64,000 nucleotides of DNA, taken from NCBI GenBank assembly GCA_963664395.2, contig OY761159.2, forward strand, positions 4,064,001 through 4,128,000, in the 5' to 3' direction. The position numbers and the translations under genes were made by a program. The notes beneath the pieces were generated by a model that was not told the origin of the DNA, did no database searches, and worked only from the letters and a program-made list of their open reading frames with translations. The DNA is from Candidatus Binatia bacterium (lineage in GTDB: Bacteria > Desulfobacterota > Binatia > Bin18). This document shows, piece by piece, positions 39,064 through 50,028 of this stretch. Every line of letters starts with the position of its first letter. The stretch's first letter is position 1.

Positions 39064-39095
39064 ATTTGTCCATTCATCATTGATGAAAGACAAAT
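39064..39095. terminator. AT-rich hairpin downstream of ilvD
   Basis: atttgtc-ca-ttcatca-t-tgatgaa-a-gacaaat. Confidence 0.45.
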
Positions 39096-39104
39096 ATTTC
39101 TTTA

Positions 39105-40790
39105 TCAACTATTGCCCGGCTGGGTCACCGCGCCTTCGGAGGCGGAGGTGACTTGGGCCGCATACTTGGCGAACACGCCGGAGGTGTAACGCGGGGCCGG
39201 TGGTTGCCAGGCATCCAAGCGGGTTTGTATCTCAGCATCGCTCAACTCAACATTGAGCTGGCGATTTTCAATATCGATCACCACCATGTTGCCTTCCCGG
39301 AGAATAGCGATAGGACCGCCAACCGCGGCTTCCGGCGCAATATGACCGGCCATGAGACCCCGCGTCGCTCCGCTGAAGCGTCCGTCCGTGATTAAGGCCA
39401 CAGAGTCGCCGAGTCCCTCACCAACGATGGCCGCGGTCACGCCTAACATCTCTCGCATGCCCGGCCCGCCTTTCGGACCTTCATAGCGAATAACTACGAC
39501 ATCGCCTTCTTTGACGTGACGTTGCGTGACCGCGGCCATTGCATCTTCTTCACACTCGAAGAGACACGCCGGCCCCCGGTGATACTGACGCTCATGCCCG
39601 GCGACTTTGATGACGCAGCCGTCAGGCGCAAGATTCCCCCGCAGAATGACCAGACCGCCGGTGGCTTTGAGGGGATTGACCAGCGGCAGAATGACATCCT
39701 GGCCCGGTGTTTCAACGGCCTTTGCCGCCTCAACCGCAAGAGTTTCTCCGCTGGCGGTCAGTTGTCCGCCGTCAATCAGGCCGCCGTCAACCAAGCGCTG
39801 GGCAATCAATTGGATGCCGCCGGCTTTATCTACATCAGTAGCAACATATTTCCCGCCGGGTTTGAGGTCGGCAATAAGCGGGGTGCGGCGACTGACCGCA
39901 TCAAAATCGTCAATACCGAGCGGAATCTCGGCTTCCCGCGCCATTGCCAGTAAATGCAGCACCGCGTTAGTTGACCCGCCGGTTGCGGCCACACAGGCAA
40001 TGGCGTTCTCAAACGCCTGACGGGTCAAGATGTCCAGCGGCCGAATATTTTTGTGGAGCAGGTCCATTACGAGCTGTCCGCACTGGACCGCGACCGCGTC
40101 TTTGCGCGCATCGGTTGCCGGAACGCTGCCCGTGCCCATGGGCGACAGGCCGATGAATTCCATGACGGTGGCCATGGTGTTGGCGGTATACTGTCCCCCG
40201 CAGGCCCCGGCCCCCGGACAGGCGAAGTCTTCGATATGTTTGAGGTCGGTGTCACTCATGCGTCCGGCGGCATTGGCTCCAATGGCCTCGAACACGTCCT
40301 GAATGGTCACGTCTCTGTCCTGAAAGCGGCCAGGTGCGATCGAACCGCCATACAACAGCAGCCCTGGGATATTGAGGCGGGTCAGGGCGAGTGCCCCGGC
40401 GGGAATGGTCTTGTCGCAGCCCACGATAATGACCATGGCATCGAACAAATAGCCCCGACCGACCAGCTCAAGCGAGTCGGCAATGACCTCTCGGCTGACG
40501 AGGGAGGCTTTCATACCAACCGTCCCCATGGTGACGGCATCACTGATGGAGATGGTATTGATTTCCATGGGCGTGCCCCCAGCCTCCCGCACGCCCTGCT
40601 TGACCTTGTCTGCCAGATGGCGCTGGTTGAAATTGCACGGCATGGTTTCAATCCAGGTATGCGCCACGCCGACCAGCGGTTTGGCCAGATCGTCATCCGT
40701 AAAGCCGATGGCCTTGAACATGGAGCGCGCCCCGGCGCGGTCGCGGCCCTCGGTAATGATGTGACTGGAGTGTTTGGGATTGAAAGCCAT
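39105..40790 (-). CDS. ilvD: dihydroxy-acid dehydratase
   Basis: PCN, SLVSRE, GCDKT, CPGAGACGGQYTANTM, GGSTN, YEGPKGGPGMREM, TDGRFSG. Confidence 0.96.
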   Translation of the reverse strand: MAFNPKHSSHIITEGRDRAGARSMFKAIGFTDDDLAKPLVGVAHTWIETMPCNFNQRHLADKVKQGVREAGGTPMEINTISISDAVTMGTVGMKASLVSREVIADSLELVGRGYLFDAMVIIVGCDKTIPAGALALTRLNIPGLLLYGGSIAPGRFQDRDVTIQDVFEAIGANAAGRMSDTDLKHIEDFACPGAGACGGQYTANTMATVMEFIGLSPMGTGSVPATDARKDAVAVQCGQLVMDLLHKNIRPLDILTRQAFENAIACVAATGGSTNAVLHLLAMAREAEIPLGIDDFDAVSRRTPLIADLKPGGKYVATDVDKAGGIQLIAQRLVDGGLIDGGQLTASGETLAVEAAKAVETPGQDVILPLVNPLKATGGLVILRGNLAPDGCVIKVAGHERQYHRGPACLFECEEDAMAAVTQRHVKEGDVVVIRYEGPKGGPGMREMLGVTAAIVGEGLGDSVALITDGRFSGATRGLMAGHIAPEAAVGGPIAILREGNMVVIDIENRQLNVELSDAEIQTRLDAWQPPAPRYTSGVFAKYAAQVTSASEGAVTQPGNS

Positions 40791-41011
40791 ACGTCCCTCC
40801 TTGGATGGCAAAAAAAAGATAGCAAAAAAATAACATTCTCTTCCTGCTCTATAGTCTTGTCAGACGACTCAGTGCAAGCCTTTGCCCCAGCCTTCACTCT
40901 TGACAGTCGAGAGTCATCTTATAGCTTGTGGACGACTCTGGCCGAACCGTTGGCCGCCTCGGGACTATTTGGTCACGCCAGCGTTATCGGTATGAAAGAA
41001 AAGGGGGGAGT

Positions 41012-41842
41012 ATGCTTGAAACAATCGCTTCCGGGTATGGACTGCTTGAAGGGCCGCGGGTGGACGGCGCGGACAATTTGTATTTCAGTGATGTGACCAA
41101 TGGCGGTGTGTACTGTCGGGCCCCAAGCGGAGAGATATCCACTGTTGTTCCGCGTCGGCGCGGAGTCGGCGGCATCGCCCTACATGCCGACGGCGGCTTG
41201 GTCATCTCCGGGAAAAACGTGTGTCACGTCAAAGACGGCACAACGCGCATCCTGTTCCAGCGCGAGGATATTCCCGGCTTTAATGATCTCTTTACGGATT
41301 CCCAGGGCCGTATCCTGGTCGGCTCACTGCGCTCCGATCCCTTCAAGCTGAAGGCCCAGGTCCCGGGTGAACTGTGGCGGCTGGCGGGCGAGGACTCGGC
41401 GGTTGAACTGTACGGCGATGTCGGTATCACCAACGGCATTGGCTTCTCACCGGACGGCAGCAAGCTGTATCACTCCGACAGTGTGCCGCGTCATATTATT
41501 CTGCACGATGTTGCGGCTGACGGCTCCATGACGAATCGCCGCATTCTCGCCAGTCTGCCCGCGGATTGGGTGCCGGATGGACTGGCGGTTGATGCAGACG
41601 GCTGCGTGTGGGTCGCTGTCTATGGTGGTGGCTGTGCCCTGCGCTACACACCTGAGGGCAAGGAAGACCGGAAGGTTGAGGTTCCGGCCAAGGCGGTCAC
41701 GAGTTTGTGTTTTGGAGGTACAGACCGGCGTGAGCTGTATATTGTTACGGCAGACAATACCGCAGAGCCGGCCCGCAAGGGAACGATTTTCCATACGCGG
41801 GTGGATGTCCCCGGTCTGGCGGTGACGCCGGCAAACATTTAG
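41012..41842 (+). CDS. SMP-30/gluconolactonase family protein
   Basis: EGPR, FND..D..GR, NGIGFSPDG, PDGLAVDADG, TSLCFGG. Confidence 0.9.
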   Translation: MLETIASGYGLLEGPRVDGADNLYFSDVTNGGVYCRAPSGEISTVVPRRRGVGGIALHADGGLVISGKNVCHVKDGTTRILFQREDIPGFNDLFTDSQGRILVGSLRSDPFKLKAQVPGELWRLAGEDSAVELYGDVGITNGIGFSPDGSKLYHSDSVPRHIILHDVAADGSMTNRRILASLPADWVPDGLAVDADGCVWVAVYGGGCALRYTPEGKEDRKVEVPAKAVTSLCFGGTDRRELYIVTADNTAEPARKGTIFHTRVDVPGLAVTPANI

Positions 41843-41873
41843 CGCGTAGGGTGGGGACCTCCGGCACTCGACT

Positions 41874-43049
41874 TCACTCGACCTTCATAATGCGGTCCAA
41901 GAGCCGGTCTCGGACCGCTGCGTTTGTCGCCAGGTCAACCGCTGTCCAGGCCATTGCCAGCGCCCCGTCAATAATGGCCTTATCCGCGGCTTCGGTCACG
42001 CAGTGGGCGGCAAACTCGGGCTGATGGTTGACGGCAGGCAGCGAATCAATACCAATAGCCGGGTGAATGGCGGGCATCGCAAGGGAGACATTGCCCATGT
42101 CTGTTGAGCCAGCCGCCCGTTTGAGAGACGTATCAACGGTTGGAAAAACCCGGCCCAGCGCCTCGGCATTCCGGCGATAGGCGGCGGCCATATCCGGGTC
42201 GTGCAGCATCTCCGCATACGGTTTTTCACCGCCGTGTATTTCGAGCTTGGAGCCGGTTGCCAGTGCGCCGGCTTCAAAGCACCTGACGACTTTCTGCTTG
42301 ATCCCGTCGAGATCCGCCAGCGTGTTCGCCCGGACAATATACTTCGCCACCGTGTGGGCCGGGATGATGTTTGGCGCTTCACCCCCTTTGGTAATAATGC
42401 CGTGAATCCGGTCCGTGGAACGGATGTGTTGGCGGAGCAGGCCAATAGCTGTTTGGGCGACGGTCAAGGCATCCGCGGCATTAATGCCGCGTTCGGGAAA
42501 GGCTGAGGCGTGCGCCTCTTTGCCGTGGTAGCACACCTCAAACATGGAGGCGGCGATAATGGGAAATTCTACCACGTCCAGCGGCGCGGGATGGACCATC
42601 ATCGCCGCGTGCATGCCCGCAAACGCGCCGCGTTCGAGTAAGAGAATTTTCCCCCCGGCATCGCACACTTCTTCTGCCGGGGTGCCGATCACGCTCACGG
42701 TCAGACCCACCTCATCCGCAATCTTTGCCGCGGCAATCCCCGCCCCAACCGATGCGGCGGCAATAATATTATGCCCACAGGCATGGCCGATCCCTGGCAG
42801 GCTGTCATATTCCGCGCAGATGCCAATATGCAGCGGCCCACTCCCGGCCCGGGCGATAAACGCAGTCGGAAGATCACAGATGCCTGTTTCCACACGGAAG
42901 CCCGCGTCCAGCAGCGCTTCCGAAAGCCACTGAGCAGCCTGTTCTTCTTCAAAGCCAATTTCCGGATTGGCGTGAATCCGGTGACTCAGGGCAATGAGAT
43001 CGTCTCGCGCGTGGTCAAATCGTTCGTGGGCTCCAGCCTTGGCGTCCAT
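41874..43049 (-). CDS. M20 metallopeptidase/amidohydrolase (PM20D2-like), paralog 1
   Basis: PEIGFEE, AEYD.LP, HACGHN, GTPAEE, GINAAD, GSTDMGNVS. Confidence 0.9.
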   Translation of the reverse strand: MDAKAGAHERFDHARDDLIALSHRIHANPEIGFEEEQAAQWLSEALLDAGFRVETGICDLPTAFIARAGSGPLHIGICAEYDSLPGIGHACGHNIIAAASVGAGIAAAKIADEVGLTVSVIGTPAEEVCDAGGKILLLERGAFAGMHAAMMVHPAPLDVVEFPIIAASMFEVCYHGKEAHASAFPERGINAADALTVAQTAIGLLRQHIRSTDRIHGIITKGGEAPNIIPAHTVAKYIVRANTLADLDGIKQKVVRCFEAGALATGSKLEIHGGEKPYAEMLHDPDMAAAYRRNAEALGRVFPTVDTSLKRAAGSTDMGNVSLAMPAIHPAIGIDSLPAVNHQPEFAAHCVTEAADKAIIDGALAMAWTAVDLATNAAVRDRLLDRIMKVE

Positions 43050-43198
43050 ATTTTCTCCTTTTTCTTTTTCCGCCTTACCACACGTCCTTCTTCGGCGTCC
43101 AGCGTATGCGTCTGGGAGAAAAGACTCCCCTAAATCGACGTGTTGGAAAGAACGTGGTAGGTCTTTTCGAGAGAGGCAAACAAGAAGGAGGATTTCTC

Positions 43199-43600
43199 AT
43201 GGATGCAGTCTGGTGCGGACAACTCGCTGTTTCGGCCTTTTTCGCCATCGCTTTTTTACAATCAGCAGCAGACAAGTGGTTTGACAGCGCGGGGAATATC
43301 GAGTTTTTCGGCGGCCATTTTTCCAATAGTCCGCTGGCCGGCCTGGTCCCGCTGATGTTCTGGACCATTACGGTACTCGAATCTCTGGCCGGTGTGTTGA
43401 GCGGCATTGGCGCGCTGATGATCCTGCTCGGCATGGGAACGGACATAGCGGTGTGGGGACTGACGCTCTCAAGCGTCTCGTTGCTGTGTCTGTTCTTCGG
43501 CCAACGCTTAGCCAAAGATTATGCCGGCGCTGCGGTGATCGCCGCATACTTTGCCGTGGCGCTGCTGGGCTTTGCCATCCTTTCCACCGCCGGCGGATGA
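43199..43600 (+). CDS. DoxX family membrane protein
   Basis: FLQSAADK, HFSNSPL, LFFGQRLAKDYAGAA; GGAGG RBS. Confidence 0.8.
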   Translation: MDAVWCGQLAVSAFFAIAFLQSAADKWFDSAGNIEFFGGHFSNSPLAGLVPLMFWTITVLESLAGVLSGIGALMILLGMGTDIAVWGLTLSSVSLLCLFFGQRLAKDYAGAAVIAAYFAVALLGFAILSTAGG

Positions 43601-43617
43601 TGCTCTAGGATGATGCT

Positions 43618-44790
43618 CTAGGCGGCGGCTCTCCGCTGCATCAGTCGGTCACGTATCTGCGCATCTGTCGCCATATCAATTGCCGTCCAGGCCATGGACA
43701 GGGCCCCGTCGATCAGGGCTTTGTCCGCGGCTTCGGTAACACAGTGGGCGGCGAATTCGGGCTGGTGATTCACCGCCGGCAACGAGTCAATCCCGATAAA
43801 TGGGTGGATCGAGGGTAAGGCCAAAGACACATTGCCCATGTCCGTTGAACCCGCCGCGCGTTCAATTGCCGGACCACGCTCCGGGAAGTTGCGCCCGAGC
43901 GCTTCTGAGTTACGTTGGTACAGATTCGCTATCTCCATATCGGAGCGGTGTTCCGCGTAGGGCTTGTCTCCGCCAGCTATTTCGAGCCTTGTCCCTGTTG
44001 CCAGGGCACCCGCTTCAAAACAGCGCCGGACTTTTTCTTTGATTGCGTCCAACTCGTCCAGGGTCTTGGCTCGGACAATATATTTGGCCTCGGTATGAGC
44101 GGGGATGATGTTCGGGGCGTCTCCGCCTTTAGTGATAATGCCGTGAATGCGGTCCGTTGAGCGAATGTGCTGACGCAGGAGACCAATGGCCGTCTGCGCA
44201 ACCGTCAATGCGTCAGCCGCATTGATGCCACGTTCGGGAAAAGCCGAAGCGTGGGCTTCCTTGCCCGTATAGTGCACATGAAACATGGAACAGGCGATAA
44301 TGGACGGATCAACCACATCCATGGGAGCGGGGTGGACCATCATGGCGGCATGGACGTTTTGAAATGCGCCACGTTCCAGAAGGAGGATTTTGCCGCCGGC
44401 ATCTCCAACTTCTTCCGCTGGCGTGCCCAATACGCTGACGGTCAGGCCGACTTCATCCGCTACCTGAGCCGCAGCAATCCCGGCGCCAACAGCACTGGCT
44501 GCAATAATATTATGACCACAGGCATGGCCGATACCGGGCAGGCAGTCGTATTCGGCGCAGATGGCAATGTGCAACGGTCCGCTGCCGGCCCGCGCGACAA
44601 AAGCGGTCGGCATGTCACAAATCCCGGTTTCAACGCGAAAGCCGGCGTCGCTCAGCGTTTCGGCAATCCAGGCGGAAGCTTGTTCTTCTTCAAAACCAAG
44701 CTCGGGATGGGCATGAATACGATGACTCAGAGCAATGAGGTCGTCTTGAGATTGCGTAAAGCGTTCCTGAGCGCCCGACTTCGCATCCAT
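43618..44790 (-). CDS. M20 metallopeptidase/amidohydrolase, paralog 2
   Basis: Same motifs and colinear with 41874-43049. Confidence 0.9.
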   Translation of the reverse strand: MDAKSGAQERFTQSQDDLIALSHRIHAHPELGFEEEQASAWIAETLSDAGFRVETGICDMPTAFVARAGSGPLHIAICAEYDCLPGIGHACGHNIIAASAVGAGIAAAQVADEVGLTVSVLGTPAEEVGDAGGKILLLERGAFQNVHAAMMVHPAPMDVVDPSIIACSMFHVHYTGKEAHASAFPERGINAADALTVAQTAIGLLRQHIRSTDRIHGIITKGGDAPNIIPAHTEAKYIVRAKTLDELDAIKEKVRRCFEAGALATGTRLEIAGGDKPYAEHRSDMEIANLYQRNSEALGRNFPERGPAIERAAGSTDMGNVSLALPSIHPFIGIDSLPAVNHQPEFAAHCVTEAADKALIDGALSMAWTAIDMATDAQIRDRLMQRRAAA

Positions 44791-44807
44791 GATGTTCTCC
44801 TTATTTT

Positions 44808-44985
44808 CCCTCTCCCCCGGGGCGAGGGCTGGGGTGAGGATTTTCTTCGCCCTAACACACCGGCGTATCTGACGTCCAGCGGGAGATGAAAATCGTTCTT
44901 GACTCCGTTACACTAGGGATGCCTGTCCGTCTCTGCGGAAGCCTCAATTCCCTCTCCCCTGGAGGGCGAGGGCTGGGGTGAGGGG
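44808..44985 (+). repeat. two copies of the ccctctccc..gagggctggggtgagg REP-like element (44808-44839, 44950-44985)
   Basis: Read directly; they flank the divergent M20/copA promoter region. Confidence 0.8.
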
Positions 44986-45011
44986 ACTGCTCGAATATGA
45001 AAGGGGTATGA

Positions 45012-47273
45012 GTGGGGACTGTTCCCGAAACATTACAGAATCCTACTTCGACCCGTATTGGCATTCGAGGCATGCACTGTGCTGCGTGTGTTGCCAAGGT
45101 CGAACAGGTGTTATTCCAAACACCGGGCGTTATGCGGGCGAGTGTCAATCTGGCGAGTGAAGAAGCCTTCGTCGAATATGTCCCTGGTCAAGCAAGCCTG
45201 ACCGGCATTGGAGCGGCTGTTGCCTCAATCGGCTTTGAGATGGTCGAACGTGGAGAGACGGAGGAAGTTGAGCGGCAACACCGTGACGAATACCTCCTGC
45301 TGAAAAAGAAGCTGATCGTCAGTGCAGCTTTGACCGGCGTGATCCTGCTCGGGGCAATGACATCGCTCCTGTCTGTCCTGCCGCTTGGCGCTCCGGTGTG
45401 GTTGTTTGTCCTGACCACTCCGGTCCAATTCTGGGTCGGCGGGCAATTTTATCGAAGCGCCTGGGCCAGGGCGCGGCATGGCTCCAGCGATATGAATACG
45501 TTGATCGTGGTGGGGACCTCGGCGGCCTATCTCTACAGTACGGTGGCGGTATTTGCGCCTGGTTTTTTCGCGACAGCGGGCCAGCAGCCCCAGATGTATT
45601 TCGATACGGCCGCGGTAATTATTACCCTGATCTTGCTAGGTCGCCTGTTGGAAGCGCGAGCGAAGCGAAGAACGACCGAGGCCATTCGGCGGCTGGCTCA
45701 ATTGCAACCCAACACGGCGACGCTGTTGCGCGGGGAGGGGGAACAGGAAACCGTTTCGGTCGATCATGTTCAGGTTGGCGATCAGGTCCTTATCCGACCC
45801 GGTGAGCAAATTCCCGTAGACGGTATTGTGCAGGCCGGCTCGTCCGCGGTTGACGAATCCATGCTGACTGGTGAGAGCCTGCCGGTTGAAAAGCAGCCCG
45901 GAGACACGGTGACTGGTGCGACTATCAACACAACGGGTGCTTTGACTGTGCTGGCGACCAAGGTTGGCAAAGAGACGGCCCTGGCTCGGATCATTGATCT
46001 CGTCCGCCAAGCGCAGGGATCAAAGGCGCCGATTCAACGTCTGGCCGACAGGATTGCGGCGTACTTTGTGCCGGTTATTATTGCGACTGCTGTCGCCACG
46101 TTTTGTCTCTGGCTTGTGCTCGGACCGGACCCGTCCCTCACCTTTGCCCTCATGACCTTTGTTGCCGTGCTGATTATTGCGTGTCCGTGTTCACTGGGCT
46201 TGGCAACACCGACCGCCATCATGGTCGGCACCGGACGTGGGGCCGACCATGGCGTGCTCATCAAAGGCGGAGAGATATTAGAGCGGGCGCATACCCTCAC
46301 GACTGTGGTCTTTGACAAAACCGGGACCCTGACCACTGGAAAGCCAGCGGTGACTGATATCCTTCCGTCCGAGACGGTTCCCGAGCGTGTCGCTCTTAGC
46401 AGCGAAGAGCTCCTGCGTTTGGCGGCAGGTGCGGAATGGCAAAGCGAGCATCCGCTGGGACAGGCCATTGCGCAACAGGCCAAGGCGCAGGGCCTGACGC
46501 TTGCGCCGGTTGAGTCGTTTGTTGCGCTTGCCGGCCACGGAGTAGAAGCCCGGCTGGAAGGAAAGGCTGTCTTGATTGGCAGTCAACGCCTCCTCGCGCA
46601 GCGCGGCATTCAGTCTGGCGACATGCTGGGACAGAGTGAGGCCCTCTCCCGCGAGGGGAAGACTCCGCTCTATGTTGTGGTCAACCGGCGGGTCGTTGGA
46701 TTGATCGCGGTCGCCGATAGGCTCAAGCCTCGGGCTGCCGAAGATGTCCGCCGGCTTCAGCACATGGGGCTCGAAGCCGTCATGTTGACTGGTGATAATC
46801 GCCACACGGCCCACGCGATTGCCCGTCAGGCCGGCATTACTCGGGTTTTGGCCGAGGTTCTCCCCGAGGAAAAGGCTGCCGAGATTGCGCGCCTCCAGGC
46901 CAACGGTGCTGCCGTCGCCATGGTTGGCGATGGGATAAATGATGCTCCGGCCCTGGCCCAAGCGACTATTGGCATTGCCTTGGGAACCGGGACGGATATT
47001 GCCATTGAGGCCGCTGATATTACGCTTATGCGCGGCGAATTGAGCGGTGTGTCTACGGCAATTGCGTTATCGCGTCGAACGGTGCAGGTCATTCGTCAGA
47101 ATTTATTCTGGGCGTTTGTCTATAACACTGCGGGTATTCCCCTGGCCGCCGGACTGCTCTATCCGTTCTTCGGGATTTTGCTTGACCCCATGGTTGCCGC
47201 GTTGGCCATGGCGTTGAGTTCGGTCTCGGTGTTGATGAATTCGTTGCGATTGCGAACGATGCGATTGGAATAG
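45012..47273 (+). CDS. copA: copper-translocating P1B-type ATPase
   Basis: GMHCAAC HMA domain, [25 protein letters not shown] and MALSS Cu(I) signatures. Confidence 0.93.
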   Translation: MGTVPETLQNPTSTRIGIRGMHCAACVAKVEQVLFQTPGVMRASVNLASEEAFVEYVPGQASLTGIGAAVASIGFEMVERGETEEVERQHRDEYLLLKKKLIVSAALTGVILLGAMTSLLSVLPLGAPVWLFVLTTPVQFWVGGQFYRSAWARARHGSSDMNTLIVVGTSAAYLYSTVAVFAPGFFATAGQQPQMYFDTAAVIITLILLGRLLEARAKRRTTEAIRRLAQLQPNTATLLRGEGEQETVSVDHVQVGDQVLIRPGEQIPVDGIVQAGSSAVDESMLTGESLPVEKQPGDTVTGATINTTGALTVLATKVGKETALARIIDLVRQAQGSKAPIQRLADRIAAYFVPVIIATAVATFCLWLVLGPDPSLTFALMTFVAVLIIACPCSLGLATPTAIMVGTGRGADHGVLIKGGEILERAHTLTTVVFDKTGTLTTGKPAVTDILPSETVPERVALSSEELLRLAAGAEWQSEHPLGQAIAQQAKAQGLTLAPVESFVALAGHGVEARLEGKAVLIGSQRLLAQRGIQSGDMLGQSEALSREGKTPLYVVVNRRVVGLIAVADRLKPRAAEDVRRLQHMGLEAVMLTGDNRHTAHAIARQAGITRVLAEVLPEEKAAEIARLQANGAAVAMVGDGINDAPALAQATIGIALGTGTDIAIEAADITLMRGELSGVSTAIALSRRTVQVIRQNLFWAFVYNTAGIPLAAGLLYPFFGILLDPMVAALAMALSSVSVLMNSLRLRTMRLE

Positions 47274-47330
47274 GGCGGTGCACAGGGACATTCTACCTGC
47301 CTTGGTGTCTTGGTGACTTGGTCGTATAAC

Positions 47331-48731
47331 ATGAGCTACTCCACAACGGTCCGTACTGAACGTTTTGTATTTGCCGACCTGCGCGAAGTATTCGCCAAGG
47401 CCAATGAAGACAAGTCGGGCGACCGCTTGGCAGGGATTGCCGCAACATCCGAGCAGGAACGGGTTGCGGCAAAGCTGGTGCTGGCTGACATCCCGTTGTC
47501 GGAAATCGTCGAGAATCCACTCATAGAGCCCGCCCAAGATGAAGTGAGTCGCCTCATTCTTGATACCCATGACCAAGAGATGTTCCATCCGTTTTCACAT
47601 CTGACTGTTGGCGAGTTCCGAGAATACTTACTCGACGATGCACAGGATGGTGATCGCCTGAATGCCTTGCGGTGGGCCATCACTCCGGAAATCGCTGCCG
47701 CCGTGGCCAAGCTGATGAGCAATAAAGATCTGGTATTGGCCGCAAGCAAAATCCGCAACATCACGCGCTGTCGGAATACCATGGGTCAGCCCGGCGTCCT
47801 TGGTATTCGCGTGCAGCCGAATCATCCAGCCGACGATCTGGGCGGGATTCTCCTGTCCGCAATTGATGGCTTGCTGTTCGGGTGCGGGGACGCCGTCATC
47901 GGCGTGAACCCGGCGACCGAGTCCGTGGAGACGGTCAGCCGGATTCTGCACGGACTCCAGCGTTTGATTGAAGTGTATGACATTCCAACCCAATCGTGCT
48001 GCCTGGCTCATATCAGTACGCAACTCAACAGCCTGGAGCGTGGCGCCCCGGTGGACTTGCTGTTTCAGTCCATTGCCGGGACGGAAGCGGCCAACGCGAG
48101 TTTTGGAATTAATCTGAATATTCTGCGCGAGGGCCGCGAGCGTGTCCGTGAACATCATCGGAGTCGCGAGGTGACGTGGGTGGGCGACGCGGTCATGTAT
48201 TTTGAAACCGGGCAGGGGAGTGCGCTGTCGGCCAATGCCCACCACGGCGTGGATCAACTCACGCTCGAAGCCCGAACCTACGGTGTGGCCCGCGCCTTTG
48301 CGCCCTTCCTGGTCAATACCGTCGTGGGCTTTATCGGGCCCGAATACTTATATGACGAACGCCAGATCGTTCGCGCCGGTTTGGAAGATCATTTTATGGG
48401 CAAGCTGCTCGGACTGCCCATGGGGTGTGACGTGTGCTACACCAACCACGCTCAGGCTGACCAGAACTCGGCGGATAATCTCTTGCTTCTGCTGACCGCG
48501 GCCGGCTGCAATTATTTTATGGGGGTCCCGTGTGCCGATGATGTGATGTTGAGTTATCAATCAACCAGCTTCCACGACGCACTCGGAGCCCGCCAACTTT
48601 TTGGTCTCCAGCCAGCTCCGGAGTTTTTGGCCTGGTTGGAGCAGATGGAAATCTTTCGTAATGGAAACCTCGTGGCATCCGATAGTCCGGCTCGACAACG
48701 CCTGGAAGAAGGTGTCGGGCGGATTGCCTGA
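47331..48731 (+). CDS. eutB: ethanolamine ammonia-lyase large subunit
   Basis: KSGDRLAG, RVQPNHP.DD, GDAVIGVNPA, YFETGQGS, NTVVGFIGPEY, CYTNH, YQSTSFHD. Confidence 0.96.
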   Translation: MSYSTTVRTERFVFADLREVFAKANEDKSGDRLAGIAATSEQERVAAKLVLADIPLSEIVENPLIEPAQDEVSRLILDTHDQEMFHPFSHLTVGEFREYLLDDAQDGDRLNALRWAITPEIAAAVAKLMSNKDLVLAASKIRNITRCRNTMGQPGVLGIRVQPNHPADDLGGILLSAIDGLLFGCGDAVIGVNPATESVETVSRILHGLQRLIEVYDIPTQSCCLAHISTQLNSLERGAPVDLLFQSIAGTEAANASFGINLNILREGRERVREHHRSREVTWVGDAVMYFETGQGSALSANAHHGVDQLTLEARTYGVARAFAPFLVNTVVGFIGPEYLYDERQIVRAGLEDHFMGKLLGLPMGCDVCYTNHAQADQNSADNLLLLLTAAGCNYFMGVPCADDVMLSYQSTSFHDALGARQLFGLQPAPEFLAWLEQMEIFRNGNLVASDSPARQRLEEGVGRIA

Positions 48732-48771
48732 ATTTCATCCCCTCCGGGGAGGGGAATCGTTTTTAAGTACG

Positions 48772-49554
48772 ATGAAGACTCCGGCTCAATCAGACAATCG
48801 CGATCCACTGGCTGAAATCCGGACCCGTACTTCAGCACGGATATTTGTTGGCCGGTCCGGTCCGGCGTACCGTACGCGGACGCAGCTCAGCCTGCGTTCG
48901 GATCATGCGTTAGCCAGGGACGCGGTGCAGGCCGACAGCCATTGGGAACGGGACCTTGGTACGGACTTTCTGCAAGAGTGGGGGCTGTTTGAAGTGGCCA
49001 GCCAAGCGCAGAGTAAAGCCGAATATCTGATGCGACCCGACCTGGGTCGGAGACTCAATGACCGGGTGGAGATCACGCGCCAGTGTGCTGTTGGTGCCGA
49101 TCTGCAAGTTGTTATCGGGGATGGGCTCTCGGTCGCTGCCGTTATCAGACAGGTGCCCGACCTGCTGCCGCTACTCCATGCCGGTGCGGAAAAACGTGGC
49201 TGGCGTTTTGGCCAGCCCTTTTTGATCCGCCATTGCCGCGTAGGGGTGCTGAACGACATTGGTGAGCTACTTGACCCGACCGTTATCGTGCTCCTCATTG
49301 GAGAGCGGCCCGGTCTTATGACAGCAGAGAGCCTCTCCGCGTATATGGCCTATCGCCCCCGGTCCGGCCACACTGATGCCGAGAGAAATCTGGTCTCAAA
49401 CATTCATGCCCACGGCGTGGCTATTGGAGAAGCCGCCGACCGTATCCTGGGTTTGGCCGAGCTCATGCGGCGGGCCCAACTGAGTGGAGTTGCGGTCAAA
49501 GAAGAGCTTGGGGTGCTGGCACAAAACGCTATGCCGACTCTTTCTGACAAGTAA
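48772..49554 (+). CDS. eutC: ethanolamine ammonia-lyase small subunit
   Basis: T.ARI..GRSG, HALARDAV, YLMRPDLGRRL, DGLS, IGERPGL, RNLVSNIH. Confidence 0.94.
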   Translation: MKTPAQSDNRDPLAEIRTRTSARIFVGRSGPAYRTRTQLSLRSDHALARDAVQADSHWERDLGTDFLQEWGLFEVASQAQSKAEYLMRPDLGRRLNDRVEITRQCAVGADLQVVIGDGLSVAAVIRQVPDLLPLLHAGAEKRGWRFGQPFLIRHCRVGVLNDIGELLDPTVIVLLIGERPGLMTAESLSAYMAYRPRSGHTDAERNLVSNIHAHGVAIGEAADRILGLAELMRRAQLSGVAVKEELGVLAQNAMPTLSDK

Positions 49555-49576
49555 TAGGGAGGCGGGTGACGCTGCT

Positions 49577-49996
49577 ATGAGTCGAAAAGGAAAGAAAGCG
49601 GTAAACTCGGTAAGCGCTCCCAACGATGTTGCGGTGCGGGCCGACCGCTGGCTGTGGGCCGCACGGTTTTATAAGAGCCGTTCGTCAGCGGCCGAAGCCT
49701 GTGAGGGCGGAAAGGTCAAGGTGAACGGGCAGACGGCAAAACCGCATAAGCTGGTGCGGGTGGATGATACCCTTGAATTTACCCATCCGCATGGACCAAA
49801 GAAGCTGAAGGTGCGGGCGGTATCTGATACGCGCGGTCCGGCAACTGATGCCCGCCTACTGTATGAAGACCATTCGCCGCCGCCTCCAAAAGATGAGTTC
49901 TTTGATTTCTTTGAGCAACCGTCTTCCCGGTCCCGGGGAAGCGGCCGCCCAACCAAGCGGGAGCGCCGCGAGACCGAATGGTTGCACGGGCGATAA
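49577..49996 (+). CDS. hslR: ribosome-associated heat shock protein Hsp15 (S4 domain)
   Basis: RADRWLWAARFYKSRS.A...C.GGKV.VNG, RGPA, GRPTKRERR. Confidence 0.9.
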   Translation: MSRKGKKAVNSVSAPNDVAVRADRWLWAARFYKSRSSAAEACEGGKVKVNGQTAKPHKLVRVDDTLEFTHPHGPKKLKVRAVSDTRGPATDARLLYEDHSPPPPKDEFFDFFEQPSSRSRGSGRPTKRERRETEWLHGR

Positions 49997-50028
49997 GACG
50001 ATAAATGGATAATCGGAGTGAGGAAAAT

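Noticed and set aside
44899-44930. CueR/MerR-type operator upstream of copA (ttgactccgttacactagggatg)
   Set aside because: TTGACT is present, but the dyad symmetry is too weak and no clear -10 could be placed.
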